The notes: generated by a model from the sequence alone, not told the origin. A stretch of DNA of 63,996 nt, filler included, from Octopus bimaculoides (GCF_001194135.2; 6 parts of 6 records of this genome joined end to end with filler, not necessarily neighbours in it); one strand, 5' to 3'; counted from the first letter of the whole stretch, positions 1 to 12,011 are shown. Translations and numbers: made by a program.

Positions 1-59
1 GGGGGGGGGGGGAATCTCTTCCGAGGGGATGGAGAGAAGACCTTCGGAAAATTCACAAG

Positions 60-430
60 GTCTGATTTCTCCCCCCTACCCACCATAACTTTGAGGAAAT
101 TGGATATCTTTTCATGAAATTTTATATCAATACCTTTCAAACGGCATCCCTTTCGGCATGCCAAACCTTTCTATCCACACTCAAAATACTAAGCGTTTAT
201 GGGGAAGCCTGAAAGAGTGTATTGTTCGTGCCAGAATGTGGCCTAGCTACTTGAAACAATTTGTCGCTCGCTTATTTTTCATACGGGCCAAACACCGCCA
301 ACCCAGCGACTTCATAAGTTTCTTTTGGCAGCTGCAAGACGATGATAAACCCATGTTCCTGATAGCACGGAAGAATGTATACCTGTTCTTGATGTTGCTC
401 ACCTCCTTGGTGTATTTTTTAATACCGTAA
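60..430 (+). mobile_element. Probable Merlin/IS1595-like (ISXO2) transposase remnant, C-terminal part, degenerate
   Basis: ORF 158-430 contains HTQNTKRLWGSLK followed by SYLKQFVARLFFIR, resembling the HTxxIExxWxxxK...YLxEFxxR C-terminal signature of Merlin/IS1595 transposases; an upstream frame has NFEEIGY. No TIR identified. Confidence 0.45.
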
Positions 431-1092
431 AACATTCTTTTTACCCCCAACTAGGCTTATACTTTAAAGTAAATACAGATCCTTTCTACACCCATTAGGC
501 TTATTAACTTGCTTATTGGTGACGGAGAGAACTTGTAGTAATTAACCCCAAATATTAAACAAATAAGGAAAGTATCAGACGGTCGTGAGATATGCTAAAA
601 ACAACAGCTAAATAGCCATTAGCTTTTTTCTGTAGTGAAACCATATTCAACACAATATTTAAGGGTAAGTGCGTAGATGACTGAAAGAGATAGGATACTA
701 ACGGCTTAAAGACGCGATTGTAAGTCCACTCGACACAACTCCGCGTAATTATAAAGTTAAAGAAACTTACCTTTTAATAAATAAACCCTCGAAGAAAACC
801 TGACCAGTATTCTTTATTCGTCTGATGTTTCGTGAGAAGGCGAGCCAGCTTTGAAATAGTTTCGTTTTGAGTTAGGTTTTTTTCAAAGAACAAAACAGTT
901 TGAGTGTTTGTAACTCCTCTTTCAGTTTCCTTCGACCACTTGGCAGAGAGAGTGGGGATATGTGTGCCTGTGTCTGTGTTTAGGCTTGGTATGGGAAAAA
1001 AATACATAAATACACTCTCAACATCGGAATGTGTGCAAGATTGTGGTTTGAAAGTGTAACAATTATATCACGAGAAGGTGGTTAAGAACATA

Positions 1093-1250
1093 CTCTTTTA
1101 TTTTTTTACTTGTTTCAGTCATTTGACTGCGGCCATGTTGGAGCACCGCCTTTTAGTCGAGCAAATCGACCCCAGGACTTATTCTTTGGTAGCCCAGTAC
1201 TTATTCTATCGGTCTCTTTTTGCCGAAAGGCTAAGTTACGGGAAATTTCA
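1093..1250 (-). mobile_element. SINE family A, 3' fragment
   Basis: Reverse complement of the 3' half of the copy at 3211-3634 (ttacttgtttcagtcatttgactgcggccatg...gctaagttacggg). Confidence 0.85.
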
Positions 1251-2203
1251 CCCCCACCCCTCTGTTGGGAAGTATACCCGCACGATTGTCACTAAGAAGA
1301 AAAAAAAACTCGGATTTTTTNNNNNNNNNNNNNNNNNNNNNNNNNNNNNNNNNNNNNNNNNNNNNNNNNNNNNNNNNNNNNNNNNNNNNNNNNNNNNNNN
1401 NNNNNNNNNNNNNNNNNNNNNNNNNNNNNNNNNNNNNNNNNNNNNNNNNNNNNNNNNNNNNNNNNNNNNNNNNNNNNNNNNNNNNNNNNNNNNNNNNNNN
1501 NNNNNNNNNNNNNNNNNNNNNNNNNNNNNNNNNNNNNNNNNNNNNNNNNNNNNNNNNNNNNNNNNNNNNNNNNNNNNNNNNNNNNNNNNNNNNNNNNNNN
1601 NNNNNNNNNNNNNNNNNNNNNNNNNNNNNNNNNNNNNNNNNNNNNNNNNNNNNNNNNNNNNNNNNNNNNNNNNNNNNNNNNNNNNNNNNNNNNNNNNNNN
1701 NNNNNNNNNNNNNNNNNNNNNNNNNNNNNNNNNNNNNNNNNNNNNNNNNNNNNNNNNNNNNNNNNNNNNNNNNNNNNNNNNNNNNNNNNNNNNNNNNNNN
1801 NNNNNNNNNNNNNNNNNNNNNNNNNNNNNNNNNNNNNNNNNNNNNNNNNNNNNNNNNNNNNNNNNNNNNNNNNNNNNNNNNNNNNNNNNNNNNNNNNNNN
1901 NNNNNNNNNNNNNNNNNNNNNNNNNNNNNNNNNNNNNNNNNNNNNNNNNNNNNNNNNNNNNNNNNNNNNNNNNNNNNNNNNNNNNNNNNNNNNNNNNNNN
2001 NNNNNNNNNNNNNNNNNNNNNNNNNNNNNNNNNNNNNNNNNNNNNNNNNNNNNNNNNNNNNNNNNNNNNNNNNNNNNNNNNNNNNNNNNNNNNNNNNNNN
2101 NNNNNNNNNNNNNNNNNNNNNNNNNNNNNNNNNNNNNNNNNNNNNNNNNNNNNNNNNNNNNNNNNNNNNNNNNNNNNNNNNNNNNNNNNNCTGGCATTGA
2201 TGT

Positions 2204-2530
2204 GAAGGCGCGTGACTTTGTGGTTAGGGCATTCGGCTCGCGATTGTAAGGTCGTGAGTTCAATTCCCGGCGACGCGTTGTGTCCTTGAGCAAGACACTT
2301 TATTTCACGTTACTCCAGTTCACTCAGCTGGCAAAAATGAGTAGTACCTGTATTTCAAAAGGCTGGCCTTGTCACACTCTGTGTCACGCTGAATCTCCCT
2401 GAGAACTACGTTTGGGGTACACGTATCTGTGGAGTGCTCAGCCACTTGCACGTTAAATTTCACGAGCAGGCTGTTCCGTTGATCGTATCAGCTGGGACCC
2501 ACGTCGTTGTAACCGACGGAGTACTCCCTT
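2204..2530 (+). mobile_element. tRNA-headed SINE family C, near full length
   Basis: A/B-box-like head (tggttagggc...gagttcaattccc), core gtgtccttgagcaagacacttta, 3' module ccttgtcacactctgtgtcacgctgaatctccctgagaactacg shared with 36293-36680. Confidence 0.8.
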
Positions 2531-3210
2531 TTGCTGGCTTTGATACTATACTCTCCTAATCCCAAGCAGTTACGTTTAGAAACAAAATAGTTATAATCAG
2601 CAATATCACTGCAACTGCTTAGGGACAATTGAGTGTGTTTGCAAAAATTGCAAATGTATACTTGACTTTGATACTTGCACTCTCTTGACCCCAACTGTTT
2701 GTTTTAAATAATTAATCTGCAAATCTCCATATAACAAATGAATATTACAATGTTTGGTTAACCTATTTAGATACTGAACATGTACAATTTAATCTTAATC
2801 TAGAATAGTCCTTCTCTTCTTTCCTGTGATAAATTCTCTCGGGTTGCGCGATGTTGTTCAGCATTCTAATGTAAAATTTCTCCTCTTCTTTCCTTGCTAC
2901 TTACTCTATGTTGTTGAGGGCCCTGTAGTAAAATTTCGGAGCTGTCGTGCTTGGCTCAAGTTAGCCTGCGCTTCTCTCCATTTTGCAGCATTTCTGTTTT
3001 ACAGCTTCTCCTCGACCACTGCTCAATCTTCTTCGCCTCTCCTGTTGACGAAGCCTGGCTGCTTCTCTTCTCTGGCTAGCAATATCAACACTCATAATGG
3101 GGTTTTAATAGTTACGAAAAATAAGATGGGTTTAAACAGTGACTTCGAATTTATCAAAATAAGAGCGTAGCAAATTTACGGGGTTTTCAGTGCCCATAAT
3201 TATTTTGAAA

Positions 3211-3360
3211 GTGTGGTAAGTAGCTTGCTTACCAACCACATGGTTCTGGGTTCAGTCCCACTGCGTGGCACCTTGGACAAGTGTCTTCTACTATAGCCTC
3301 GGGCCGATCAAAGCCTTGTGAGTGGATTTGGTAGATGGAAACTGAAAGAAGCCCGTCGTA

Positions 3361-3403
<43 letters not shown>

Positions 3404-3634
3404 ATATGTATATGTATGTGTGTGTATATGTTTGTGTGTCTGTGTTTGTCTCCCCAACATCGCTTGACAACCGATGCTGGTTTGTTTACGTCCCCGTAAC
3501 TTAGCGGTTCGGCAAAAGAGACCGATAGAATAAGTACTAGGCTTCCATAGAATAAGTCCTGGGGTCGATTTGCTCGACTCAAGGCGGTGCTCCAGCATGG
3601 CCGCAGTCAAATGACTGAAACAAGTAAAAGAGAG
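3211..3634 (+). mobile_element. tRNA-headed SINE family A, full length, internal (TA)n/(TG)n
   Basis: Head gtgtggtaag...gggttcagtccc, body ggcaccttggacaagtgtcttctactatagcc, tail gaaacaagtaaaagag; more than 10 homologous copies in this window. Confidence 0.9.
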
Positions 3635-4144
3635 TATATATTCTGCTTCGTATCCATTATTATAGTATGGATTTTAATGAGCAAATATTTAAAACACAGG
3701 TAATAATAAATTTAAATAGAATTACCTTTCATACGACCTTTAAAACTTTCAGACTTTGATAAGCTATAAAGCTTTCATATTGGTGAACCTCAAAAAATTG
3801 TATTACCCATCAACCTATTTACAGAAAATTAAACCTCCTTGTACTCCTACCTTTATTGCATTTTAAATAGTTATTTTGTTTTATTTTCTTTCATCTTCCT
3901 TCCAATCCTATTAATGACGTTGTCATACTGTCTTATTAAAATTCAACCATGTTGCCTGAGATATACTAACACAGGAGGTTATCATATGAAGGAGATTTGG
4001 TTGCTATTTGACACAAGTAGGGCGAATGCATAGATGTTTTGTTGGAGTAACAATTGCAGAAAGAGCAACAGATAAGAGAAAAGAGTCCCCAATGTCGCCC
4101 ACAGTTAGAATACTGCAATCTGAGTCTATGTAACTATGTACCGT

Positions 4145-4320
4145 GGAGGTGCAATGGCCTAGTGGTTAGGGCAGCGGACTCGCGGTTTCGATTCCCAGAC
4201 CGGGCGCTGTGAGTGTTTATTGAGCGAAAACACCTAAAGCTCCACGAGGCTCCGGCAGGGGATGGTGGCGAACCCTGCTGTACTTTTAAACCACAACTTT
4301 CTCTCATGTGTTGTCTTGTC
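4145..4320 (+). mobile_element. tRNA-headed SINE family B, 5' half
   Basis: ggaggtgcaatggcctagtggttagggcagcggactcgcggtttcgattccc; matches 36293-36470. Confidence 0.8.
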
Positions 4321-4364
4321 AACTGCATGCTTGTTCTGTTTGACACGTGGCAGTGGAAACTAAT

Positions 4365-4773
4365 GGGTGTACGTGCGTGTTTGTTCTTGTGTGTGTGCTT
4401 GCTTGTTCTGTTTTTATGTGTATGAAATGAAGATATAACAAAAACAATGTCGCATTTTAAACTTGGAGAAAAAAGGCTTGCATATTTGTTCTNNNNNNNN
4501 NNNNNNNNNNNNNNNNNNNNNNNNNNNNNNNNNNNNNNNNNNNNNNNNNNNNNNNNNNNNNNNNNNNNNNNNNNNNNNNNNNNNNNNNNNNNNNNNNNNN
4601 NNNNNNNNNNNNNNNNNNAAAGAAAACGAAATTTTACATACACACATGTAGCAGGTAAGAACATATATGCAAGGCTTTTTTCTCCAAGTTTAAAATGCGA
4701 CATTGCTTTTGTTATATCTATAGTCCATACACATAAATACATAAAAAAATAGAACAAGCACGCACAAACACCC
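4365..4773. repeat. Imperfect inverted repeat (foldback/MITE-like) spanning a gap
   Basis: gatataacaaaaacaatgtcgcattttaaacttggagaaaaaaggcttgcatatttgttct (to 4492) is inverted at about 4658-4720 with about 3 mismatches; weaker complementarity extends to 4365/4773. Confidence 0.75.
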
Positions 4774-5544
4774 AATAGCTTCTTTTACGCGTCCATCCGA
4801 ACAAGTACGCAGTTGACAACGGAGAGTCGTTTTGTTGTGTACTCAAAACGAATGATCGTCCGAGAATGTATGAGTGAAAGACGAGAATGTGTGTGTGTGT
4901 GTGTGTGTGTAAGTGTACGTGCGCATGTGTCTATGCGGCCTGTACGGCAAAAATCTGACAAGCTGACTTCATAAACGTGTTACATCCTGACTGCATCAAG
5001 TCGAATTTAATTCAACGAATCAGCAAGGATCTCGTTACTCGGTCGCTCGACCTGCTAGAACTAGAAATAGCAGCCAAATCTTCCTCGGATCATACCCTTG
5101 GGTAAAAAAAACAGCGCGTTAAACAGAATCACTCTAGATAGCTCTTAACCAAAATACCTCCGTATCTCCGACCCACCTCTACATACTCCTATCATAAAAC
5201 CTAGTCACATTCACACGTACTTTACTATTCCCACTATGTCAACAAACAATTGCCTACAACAACATACCAGTCAATCACAGCCAATTACTCTCGCTGTTAC
5301 ACTCCCTGCTATAATTGTCGGAAGAGCAAGTTCAGCATTAGCATAATTTGTTTAGTGAATGTATACTTGGGTCGTCTGTCAGTCAGAGTGAAACGGAACT
5401 GGGTGTTTGTATGGAAGGATAGTCGGGTAATAATTACGTTAGATGTGAAACTTACGAAGAAAAACAGGATGAAACTGCCAGTCTCCGAGATAAGATAAAA
5501 TTTCTACATCCTGATATAAACATTAATTTTTACACAAGATTGCA

Positions 5545-5847
5545 CATGGTTCCGTGTTCAATCCCACTGCGTGGCACCTTGAGTAAGTGTCTTCTATAGC
5601 CTCGGGCCGACCGTGTCGTATATATATATGTATACACACACACACACATATATATATATATACAAATAATAAATGAGTATATGCGTATATACGTACATGT
5701 CTGTACATACCTACATCTACCTGTATATATAGATGCATATCTNNNNNNNNNNATGTCCTGTACCCAGATATGCACCTATACATACAGGTGGATGTCGGTA
5801 TGCACATACCTGTACGTATATATGCATATACTCATTTACTTTTGTTT

Positions 5848-5885
<38 letters not shown>

Positions 5886-6282
5886 GTATGTATATTTACA
5901 CATGTGCGTGTCATTGTGTCTGTGTTTGTTCCCCCACCGCCGTTGCTGTGTTTACGTCCCCATAATGTAGCAGTTCACCAAAAAGAATGATAAAATAAAA
6001 GTCAAGCTTGAAAATAAATAAGTACTAGGATCGATTAAAAAAAATTCTTGGACGCGGTGCTCTACCATGGCCGCAGTCTAATAACTGAACCAAGTAAAAG
6101 AAAAGAAAAAAAATGAAAGCTTACACACATAGGTGCAGACGTGGTTGTGTGGTAAGAAAATTACTTCCCAATCACATGGTTCCGGGTTCAATCCCACTGC
6201 ATAGCACTTTGGGCAAATGTCTTTTTGCTATAGCCTCAGACCGACCAATGTCCTGTGAGTGAATTTGGTAGACAGAAACTTA
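5545..6282 (+). mobile_element. Two adjacent SINE family A copies; the second (6131-6282) is truncated where a mariner relic begins
   Basis: Homology to 3211-3634; second copy stops at gtagacagaaact. Confidence 0.75.
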
Positions 6283-7011
6283 GAGGACCTTCTGCGATTC
6301 GTTCTGGTTCTCGTGAACGATGTTAAAACGGCGACCTTTGAGTTGCACTTTCATTTTGGAGATGAGATGGAAGTCTCCCGGTGCTAAATCTGGCGAATAG
6401 GGCAGGTGTGGAAGCAATACCATGTTGTTTGTAGCAAGAAACTCACGAATGAGGAGAGCTCGGTGACGGTACACTGTCGCCGTGAAGAATTCAATTCCTC
6501 ACCGCGCTCCACAGATCCGGTCGCTTTCGCCGAATTTCTTCTTTCAAACGCTTCAAAGTGTTGCAGTAGAACTTTTGATTGACGATCTGGTCCTGGGGCA
6601 CGAATTCTCGATGCATAATGCCTCGTGTTACAGGTCTTCCAGATCACTCATCATCTTCTAGGAACGTTCTTCCGCTTTTGAGCTGCCTGTGTCACTCGAA
6701 CCTTTGCGTACGACCCATTGCCTCATCGCCGTAAGCTTGCTGAAGCATGCTCAATATCTCTGTAACAGACTTCCCAAGTTAAATCAAAATTCCATGTTGG
6801 CTCTTTGTTCCTGTCCATGACAAAATCGCAGACTACAGCATACACGTAATCATAAAAGCACAAATTTTACAACTTCCGAACTAAACGCAGCGATGTCAAT
6901 CGGCACACTGTCTCATGAAGATCGCTGTTAGTTCACTGCGCAGAGAACTGTTTGCTACCATCTACTGGCGTGCTACAGAACTAGTTCGGGAACTTTTTGA
7001 TACCAATTCGT
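6283..7011 (-). mobile_element. Mariner transposase relic, internally deleted
   Basis: ORF 6280-6474 encodes LLPHLPYSPDLAPGDFHL (mariner YSPDLAPxD motif). Confidence 0.85.
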
Positions 7012-7339
7012 TAAAACATTTTGCTATACGGCTTAAAATTTCGCAGAGCCCACAGAAGCCCGTCTCTTTCAGGCATTAACTTCTAGTAAGTGTTTTGAGA
7101 GCTCTTTTCTTTCATTTGTCCACTTACTTGTGTGTATGTGTATGTGCCTGCGTGGCGAGCATGTATGTATGTCTGTGTGTGTGTGTGTGTATGTGTTGGC
7201 CAGTAGTTCATATTAGGTTGTTTCACATGAAATGTCGCATTTTTAATTACCTGTTATTTCAGTCATTTAAAAACTCAATTATGTATACCTTGCATTTAAT
7301 ATTGACTCTTTTTCTTTCTCAACAGAATTGGTATACAAA

Positions 7340-8730
7340 ATTCGTACCCACGGATCTTATGAAAATGATAACAATCAAACTATGTTGAGTGATTTTCTCG
7401 TAGGAGTACAAACTGGGTCATTCTGCTGCAGAAACTCTACGGAATATCAAGCGGACCTTTGGTAATGGTTTTGTTGACATCAGAACTGTTCAGAGATAGT
7501 TCTGTAGTAACGCCGTGCGCATGCGTAGTCTCACGCATGCGTAGAATTAAACAACCAAGCGTTCCCGCTCAATTCATTCTCTTTCTTGCTGGCCAGCATA
7601 GAGCAATGGACGTGTCAAGAGTGTCTCTAACATTCGAACTCTGGAGACAGCCTCTTTACGTGTTAAGCTGTCTCTCTACATCTTTCGGACTTACGCTCGA
7701 CAGCTCGCTCACACCTACATAACAACGTCCCAACAACAGAAGCTGNNNNNNNNNNNNNNNNNNNNNNNNNNNNNNNNNNNNNNNNNNNNNNNNNNNNNNN
7801 NNNNNNNNNNNNNNNNNATATATTTACCACCTGAATAAAGTGTTGTTTAAGTTGATAGTCTGGAGTTCAGCGTTCCGTTATATTCTTTAAGTTTATAGTA
7901 GGAAAGTCAGGTATACGTCTAAAGATGCATAACCCACTTTCTACTATAGTTCCATAGCTCTTGTACAGGAGATGATAACCTTGAAAATAAACCAAGCGGT
8001 AGGCCAAAACCAGTTATTCGGCATGATGGATTAAAGGCTTTGGTTGAACAAAATCCGAGAACAAAGGTTCGAAAACTTTCATCAGAACTCCAAACATCTC
8101 ACACAACTGTTTTTGGACACCTGTAAAAAACTGGAAAAGTCAAGAAAACAGATAGGTTTGTTCCACATCAACTGAACGAGATTTTAAAAAACAGACGTCT
8201 CAAAGTGTGCTCCTCATTGCTTTTTCGACTGGAAAAAGACCATTTGTGCATCAAATCATTACTTGTGATGAGAAATGGATACTCTTCGACAACAGCAGGA
8301 GATCAGGACAGCGATTAGATGCAGGAGAGTCACCTAAACATTACTCCCCCACCATTGTACCGTAAAAAGTTATTGTATGGTGGTCTGCGAAGGGAGTTAT
8401 TCATTATTCATTTTTGCAGCAAGGTAAAAAGGTAACAGTAACATCGTGCTGCCAGGAAATTGCATGAGAATTTGAAAAAGAAGCAACCCAGACGAGTGAA
8501 TAGAGCTGGCCTAATTTTGCTCCACGACAATACAAGTCCTCACACTCCTCAAGCTACAGATCAGCAGCTGCGAAGCCTGAATTATGAGATTTTGCAACAT
8601 CCTCCCTAATCCCCTGATATCTCTCCTACTGATCATCACTTATTTAAGTAATTCGGGCTTTTCATAAGCAATAAAACATTCTTAAATAGAGAAAAGGTAA
8701 TTGAAGCATTCGGACAGTCTACCACAGCAA
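7340..8730 (+). pseudogene. Mariner transposase pseudogene with a nested insertion at about 7505-7920
   Basis: Frame-shifted conceptual translation gives FVPHQL, QIITCDEKWILFDN, WWSAKGVIHY, LLHDNTSPH and HPP*SPDISPTDHHLF; several stops. Confidence 0.85.
7505..7745 (+). repeat. Unclassified interspersed element; 5' end repeated at 8766-8841
   Basis: tagtaacgcc(g)tgcgcatgcgta...cccgctcaattcattctctttct(t/c)gctggccagc occurs at both places in the same orientation. Confidence 0.6.
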
Positions 8731-8946
8731 AAGATGTCATATAGTCCATCTTTTTTTAAAGATGTGTAGTAACGCCTGCGCATGCGTAAAATTAAACAAG
8801 CAAGCGTTTCCCGCTCAATTCATTCTCTTTCTCGCTGGCCAGCGAGAAAGAGAATGAATTGAGCGGGAAACGCTTGCTTGTTTAATTTTACGCATGCGCA
8901 GGCGTTACTACACATCTTTAAAAAAAGATGGACTATATGACATCTT
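8731..8946. repeat. Perfect 216-bp spacerless palindrome ending at a contig edge (probable assembly or library fold-back)
   Basis: 8731-8838 is the reverse complement of 8839-8946, centred on ctgg|ccag, and the right arm ends exactly at the N gap. Confidence 0.85.
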
Positions 8947-10269
8947 NNNNNNNNNNNNNNNNNNNNNNNNNNNNNNNNNNNNNNNNNNNNNNNNNNNNNN
9001 NNNNNNNNNNNNNNNNNNNNNNNNNNNNNNNNNNNNNNNNNNNNNNNNNNNNNNNNNNNNNNNNNNNNNNNNNNNNNNNNNNNNNNNNNNNNNNNNNNNN
9101 NNNNNNNNNNNNNNNNNNNNNNNNNNNNNNNNNNNNNNNNNNNNNNNNNNNNNNNNNNNNNNNNNNNNNNNNNNNNNNNNNNNNNNNNNNNNNNNNNNNN
9201 NNNNNNNNNNNNNNNNNNNNNNNNNNNNNNNNNNNNNNNNNNNNNNNNNNNNNNNNNNNNNNNNNNNNNNNNNNNNNNNNNNNNNNNNNNNNNNNNNNNN
9301 NNNNNNNNNNNNNNNNNNNNNNNNNNNNNNNNNNNNNNNNNNNNNNNNNNNNNNNNNNNNNNNNNNNNNNNNNNNNNNNNNNNNNNNNNNNNNNNNNNNN
9401 NNNNNNNNNNNNNNNNNNNNNNNNNNNNNNNNNNNNNNNNNNNNNNNNNNNNNNNNNNNNNNNNNNNNNNNNNNNNNNNNNNNNNNNNNNNNNNNNNNNT
9501 GTCAAATCCATTGGTGAAACAGAGTTATCTCCCTCAGATCGGTTTCAGTTGTTTTGACACAACATAAGATGAATTTGATACTTTATTCTATTAAATAGCT
9601 CTTTCATGATGTAATTGCTTCGGTTTCAACTCAAGGGTTCAGATTAAGTTAATACTGCGTGTTTTCGTACCCCACCCCATATATATATACGTGAAATGAA
9701 GTATCTTGCTCAACGACACAAAGCGCCAATGGGAGTCGAACTAATGACCTTACGACTGTGAGACGAATGCCCCTTGCCACCAAGTCACGTACCTTCAAAA
9801 AACTATATACATACGAACGCACGTATGCATACGCGCCCAAACATGAATTAAAGGTTCAGGCATCTGTGCCCCTATTCCAACCCCACCAAAGAACTCCGAC
9901 ACATGTATCAACCCTACACACTTACCAAACCCTAAACATCCTACACATATTTCTACCCAACAGATTCGCATTCTTACAGCCAAAGATAAGAGTTTAGAGA
10001 CCAAGGGACATAACTCTTAGTAAATTCCATACAATTATTTTCCATGACTTCATTTCGTTCTCTTTTTCTTCCTTCTCCTTTCTTTAACAACAGCCACAAA
10101 CCAAATGTGGCATTTTGTCACCTCCTGCCACAAAGAACAGTCACTATATTTATTCTATGCCTTCCACCTCTGACTCTGAAGAACATGTGTTTTAGATAAC
10201 CATCCAACAATCCATTATCTGGTTATCTGACAATAATTTTACATTAAACTGAATACTTTTTCTAGAGTA

Positions 10270-10279
10270 TTTATTTATT
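10270..10279 (-). promoter_or_regulatory. Candidate polyadenylation signal (AATAAATAAA) of the TPR-like gene
   Basis: Overlapping AATAAA hexamers on the minus strand about 130 nt downstream of the stop at 10410; AT-rich context lowers specificity. Confidence 0.35.
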
Positions 10280-10409
10280 ATTCTTTAACAAGAATAGCTT
10301 CGGCACAGTTTCGAAGTTTCGGCTTGCTTATCCTTGAGTTCATCTATTAAACTGACCACAGCTATAATATAGTCAATCATACCAAAAATGTCAAATCATA
10401 GATTATTCT

Positions 10410-10730
10410 TTATTCTACAATCTTTAATCGTTGTTGAAAGTCGATTTCATATAAATTAGATCGCAGTCCGCACACTATAAGAATATAATTCTCTTGAGAA
10501 CAATTCAAATAATGCTTGAAGCTCCTACAAAAATGACAAAGAACTGGGATTGAGTCCATGAGGAGTCCAGCTCGTTCTTCGTATTGGCTGAGCTTATCTA
10601 ACAGGAGTATTTTCAAGGACTGGTACTTGGCAATAGCATTGGAATATCGTAGCTTCTGTTTCTCATTTACACTTCGTTTCAACAGTTGTCTTATTTCGTT
10701 CAAAAGATTCTCCAAATAAATCATCTGGTT
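10410..10730 (-). CDS. TPR-like protein, terminal coding exon
   Basis: Acceptor ctttctctttatttctag|AACCAG, phase 0, 106 codons NQMIYLENLL...QQRLKIVE then TAA; phase matches the donor of exon 14362-14098. Confidence 0.75.
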   Translation of the reverse strand, partial: NQMIYLENLLNEIRQLLKRSVNEKQKLRYSNAIAKYQSLKILLLDKLSQYEERAGLLMDSIPVLCHFCRSFKHYLNCSQENYILIVCGLRSNLYEIDFQQRLKIVE

Positions 10731-10769
10731 CTAGAAATAAAGAGAAAGTGAAATTAAACAATATATATC

Positions 10770-11100
10770 ATCATCATCATCATCATCGTTTAACGTCCGT
10801 TTTCCATGCTGGCATGAGTTAGACGGTTGGACTGAGGACTGGCAAGTCAGTAGGATGCGCCAGGCTCCAATCTGATCTGGCACGGTTTCTACAACTGGAT
10901 GCCCTTCCTAATGCTAACTACTCTGAGAGTGTAATGGATGCTTTTTACGTGCCACCAACATGGGAGCCAGTCAAGCTCTGACCACGTTTGGATAGGGCTT
11001 TTTACGTGTCACCGGCACGGGGAGCCAGTCAGACAACGCTAGCATCAATCCACTCTTGAATGATTATGTGCCACCAGCACAGGTGCCAGTCAGGCAGGCC
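10770..11100 (-). mobile_element. RTE LINE 3' UTR fragment with (GAT)n tail
   Basis: catcatcatcgtttaacgtccgttttccatgctggc... is the reverse complement of the 3' end attached to the RTE ORF end at 50685-51497. Confidence 0.8.
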
Positions 11101-11213
11101 ACATAATATATTGTATTTTATTATAATGTAATAAATTGTTAGATTGTCTGTTGTATTTCTCTATTTAACTTATTATTTGTAATATATGTGTGTGTGTGTG
11201 TGTATATATATAT

Positions 11214-11448
11214 ATAGTTATCGCCAAGCCAACATGGCAGTCCCAAAATTAGGACGAAAGCTGCCGTGAATTAGTCTGCAGATGCCAAACCAGCAAGGGG
11301 AAACTGCTGACATCCCCTGTTCGAAGGTTATAAAGGACACAGGTTTCGTGTGTCACATAGCTAGCTAGAAGCGATGGCTTCTTGGAGCTAATTCACGGCA
11401 GCTTTCGTCCTAATTTTGGGACTGCCATGTTGGCTTGGCAATAACTAT
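11214..11448. mobile_element. 235-bp MITE with 61-bp TIRs in TA context (Tc1/mariner-like); second copy at 11634-11868
   Basis: TIR atagttatcgccaagccaacatggcagtcccaaaattaggacgaaagctgccgtgaattag at 11214-11274, inverted at 11388-11448 (1 mismatch; none in copy 2); flanked by TA. Confidence 0.85.
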
Positions 11449-11503
11449 TAATTTCCAGTAACGCTGCCGTAGTCTCCTTTAGAGAGACTTAGAAATATTA
11501 ATA

Positions 11504-11538
<35 letters not shown>

Positions 11539-11571
11539 GCAACAACTTATATATGTGTGTGTATATATATG

Positions 11572-11610
<39 letters not shown>

Positions 11611-11923
11611 NNNNNNNNNNTGTATATATATATATAGTTATCGCCAAGCCAACATGGCAGTCCCAAAATTAGGACGAAAGCTGCCGTGAATTAGTCTGCA
11701 GATGCCAAACCAGCAAGGGGAAACTGCTGACATCCCCTGTTCGAAGGTTATAAAGGACACAGGTTTCGTGTGTCACATAGCTAGCTAGAAGCGATGGCTT
11801 CTTGGAGCTAATTCACGGCAGCTTTCGTCCTAATTTTGGGACTGCCATGTTGGCTTGGCGATAACTATTAATTTCCAGTACCGCTGCCGTAGTCTCCTTT
11901 AGAGAGACTTAGAAATATTAATA

Positions 11924-11958
<35 letters not shown>

Positions 11959-12011
11959 GCAACAACTTATATATGTGTGTGTATATATATGCAACATATA
12001 TATATATATAT

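Noticed and set aside
774-1007. Minus ORF near a consensus donor (AAG|gtaagt at about 770)
   Set aside because: The ORF stops just before the donor; no acceptor or family recognised.
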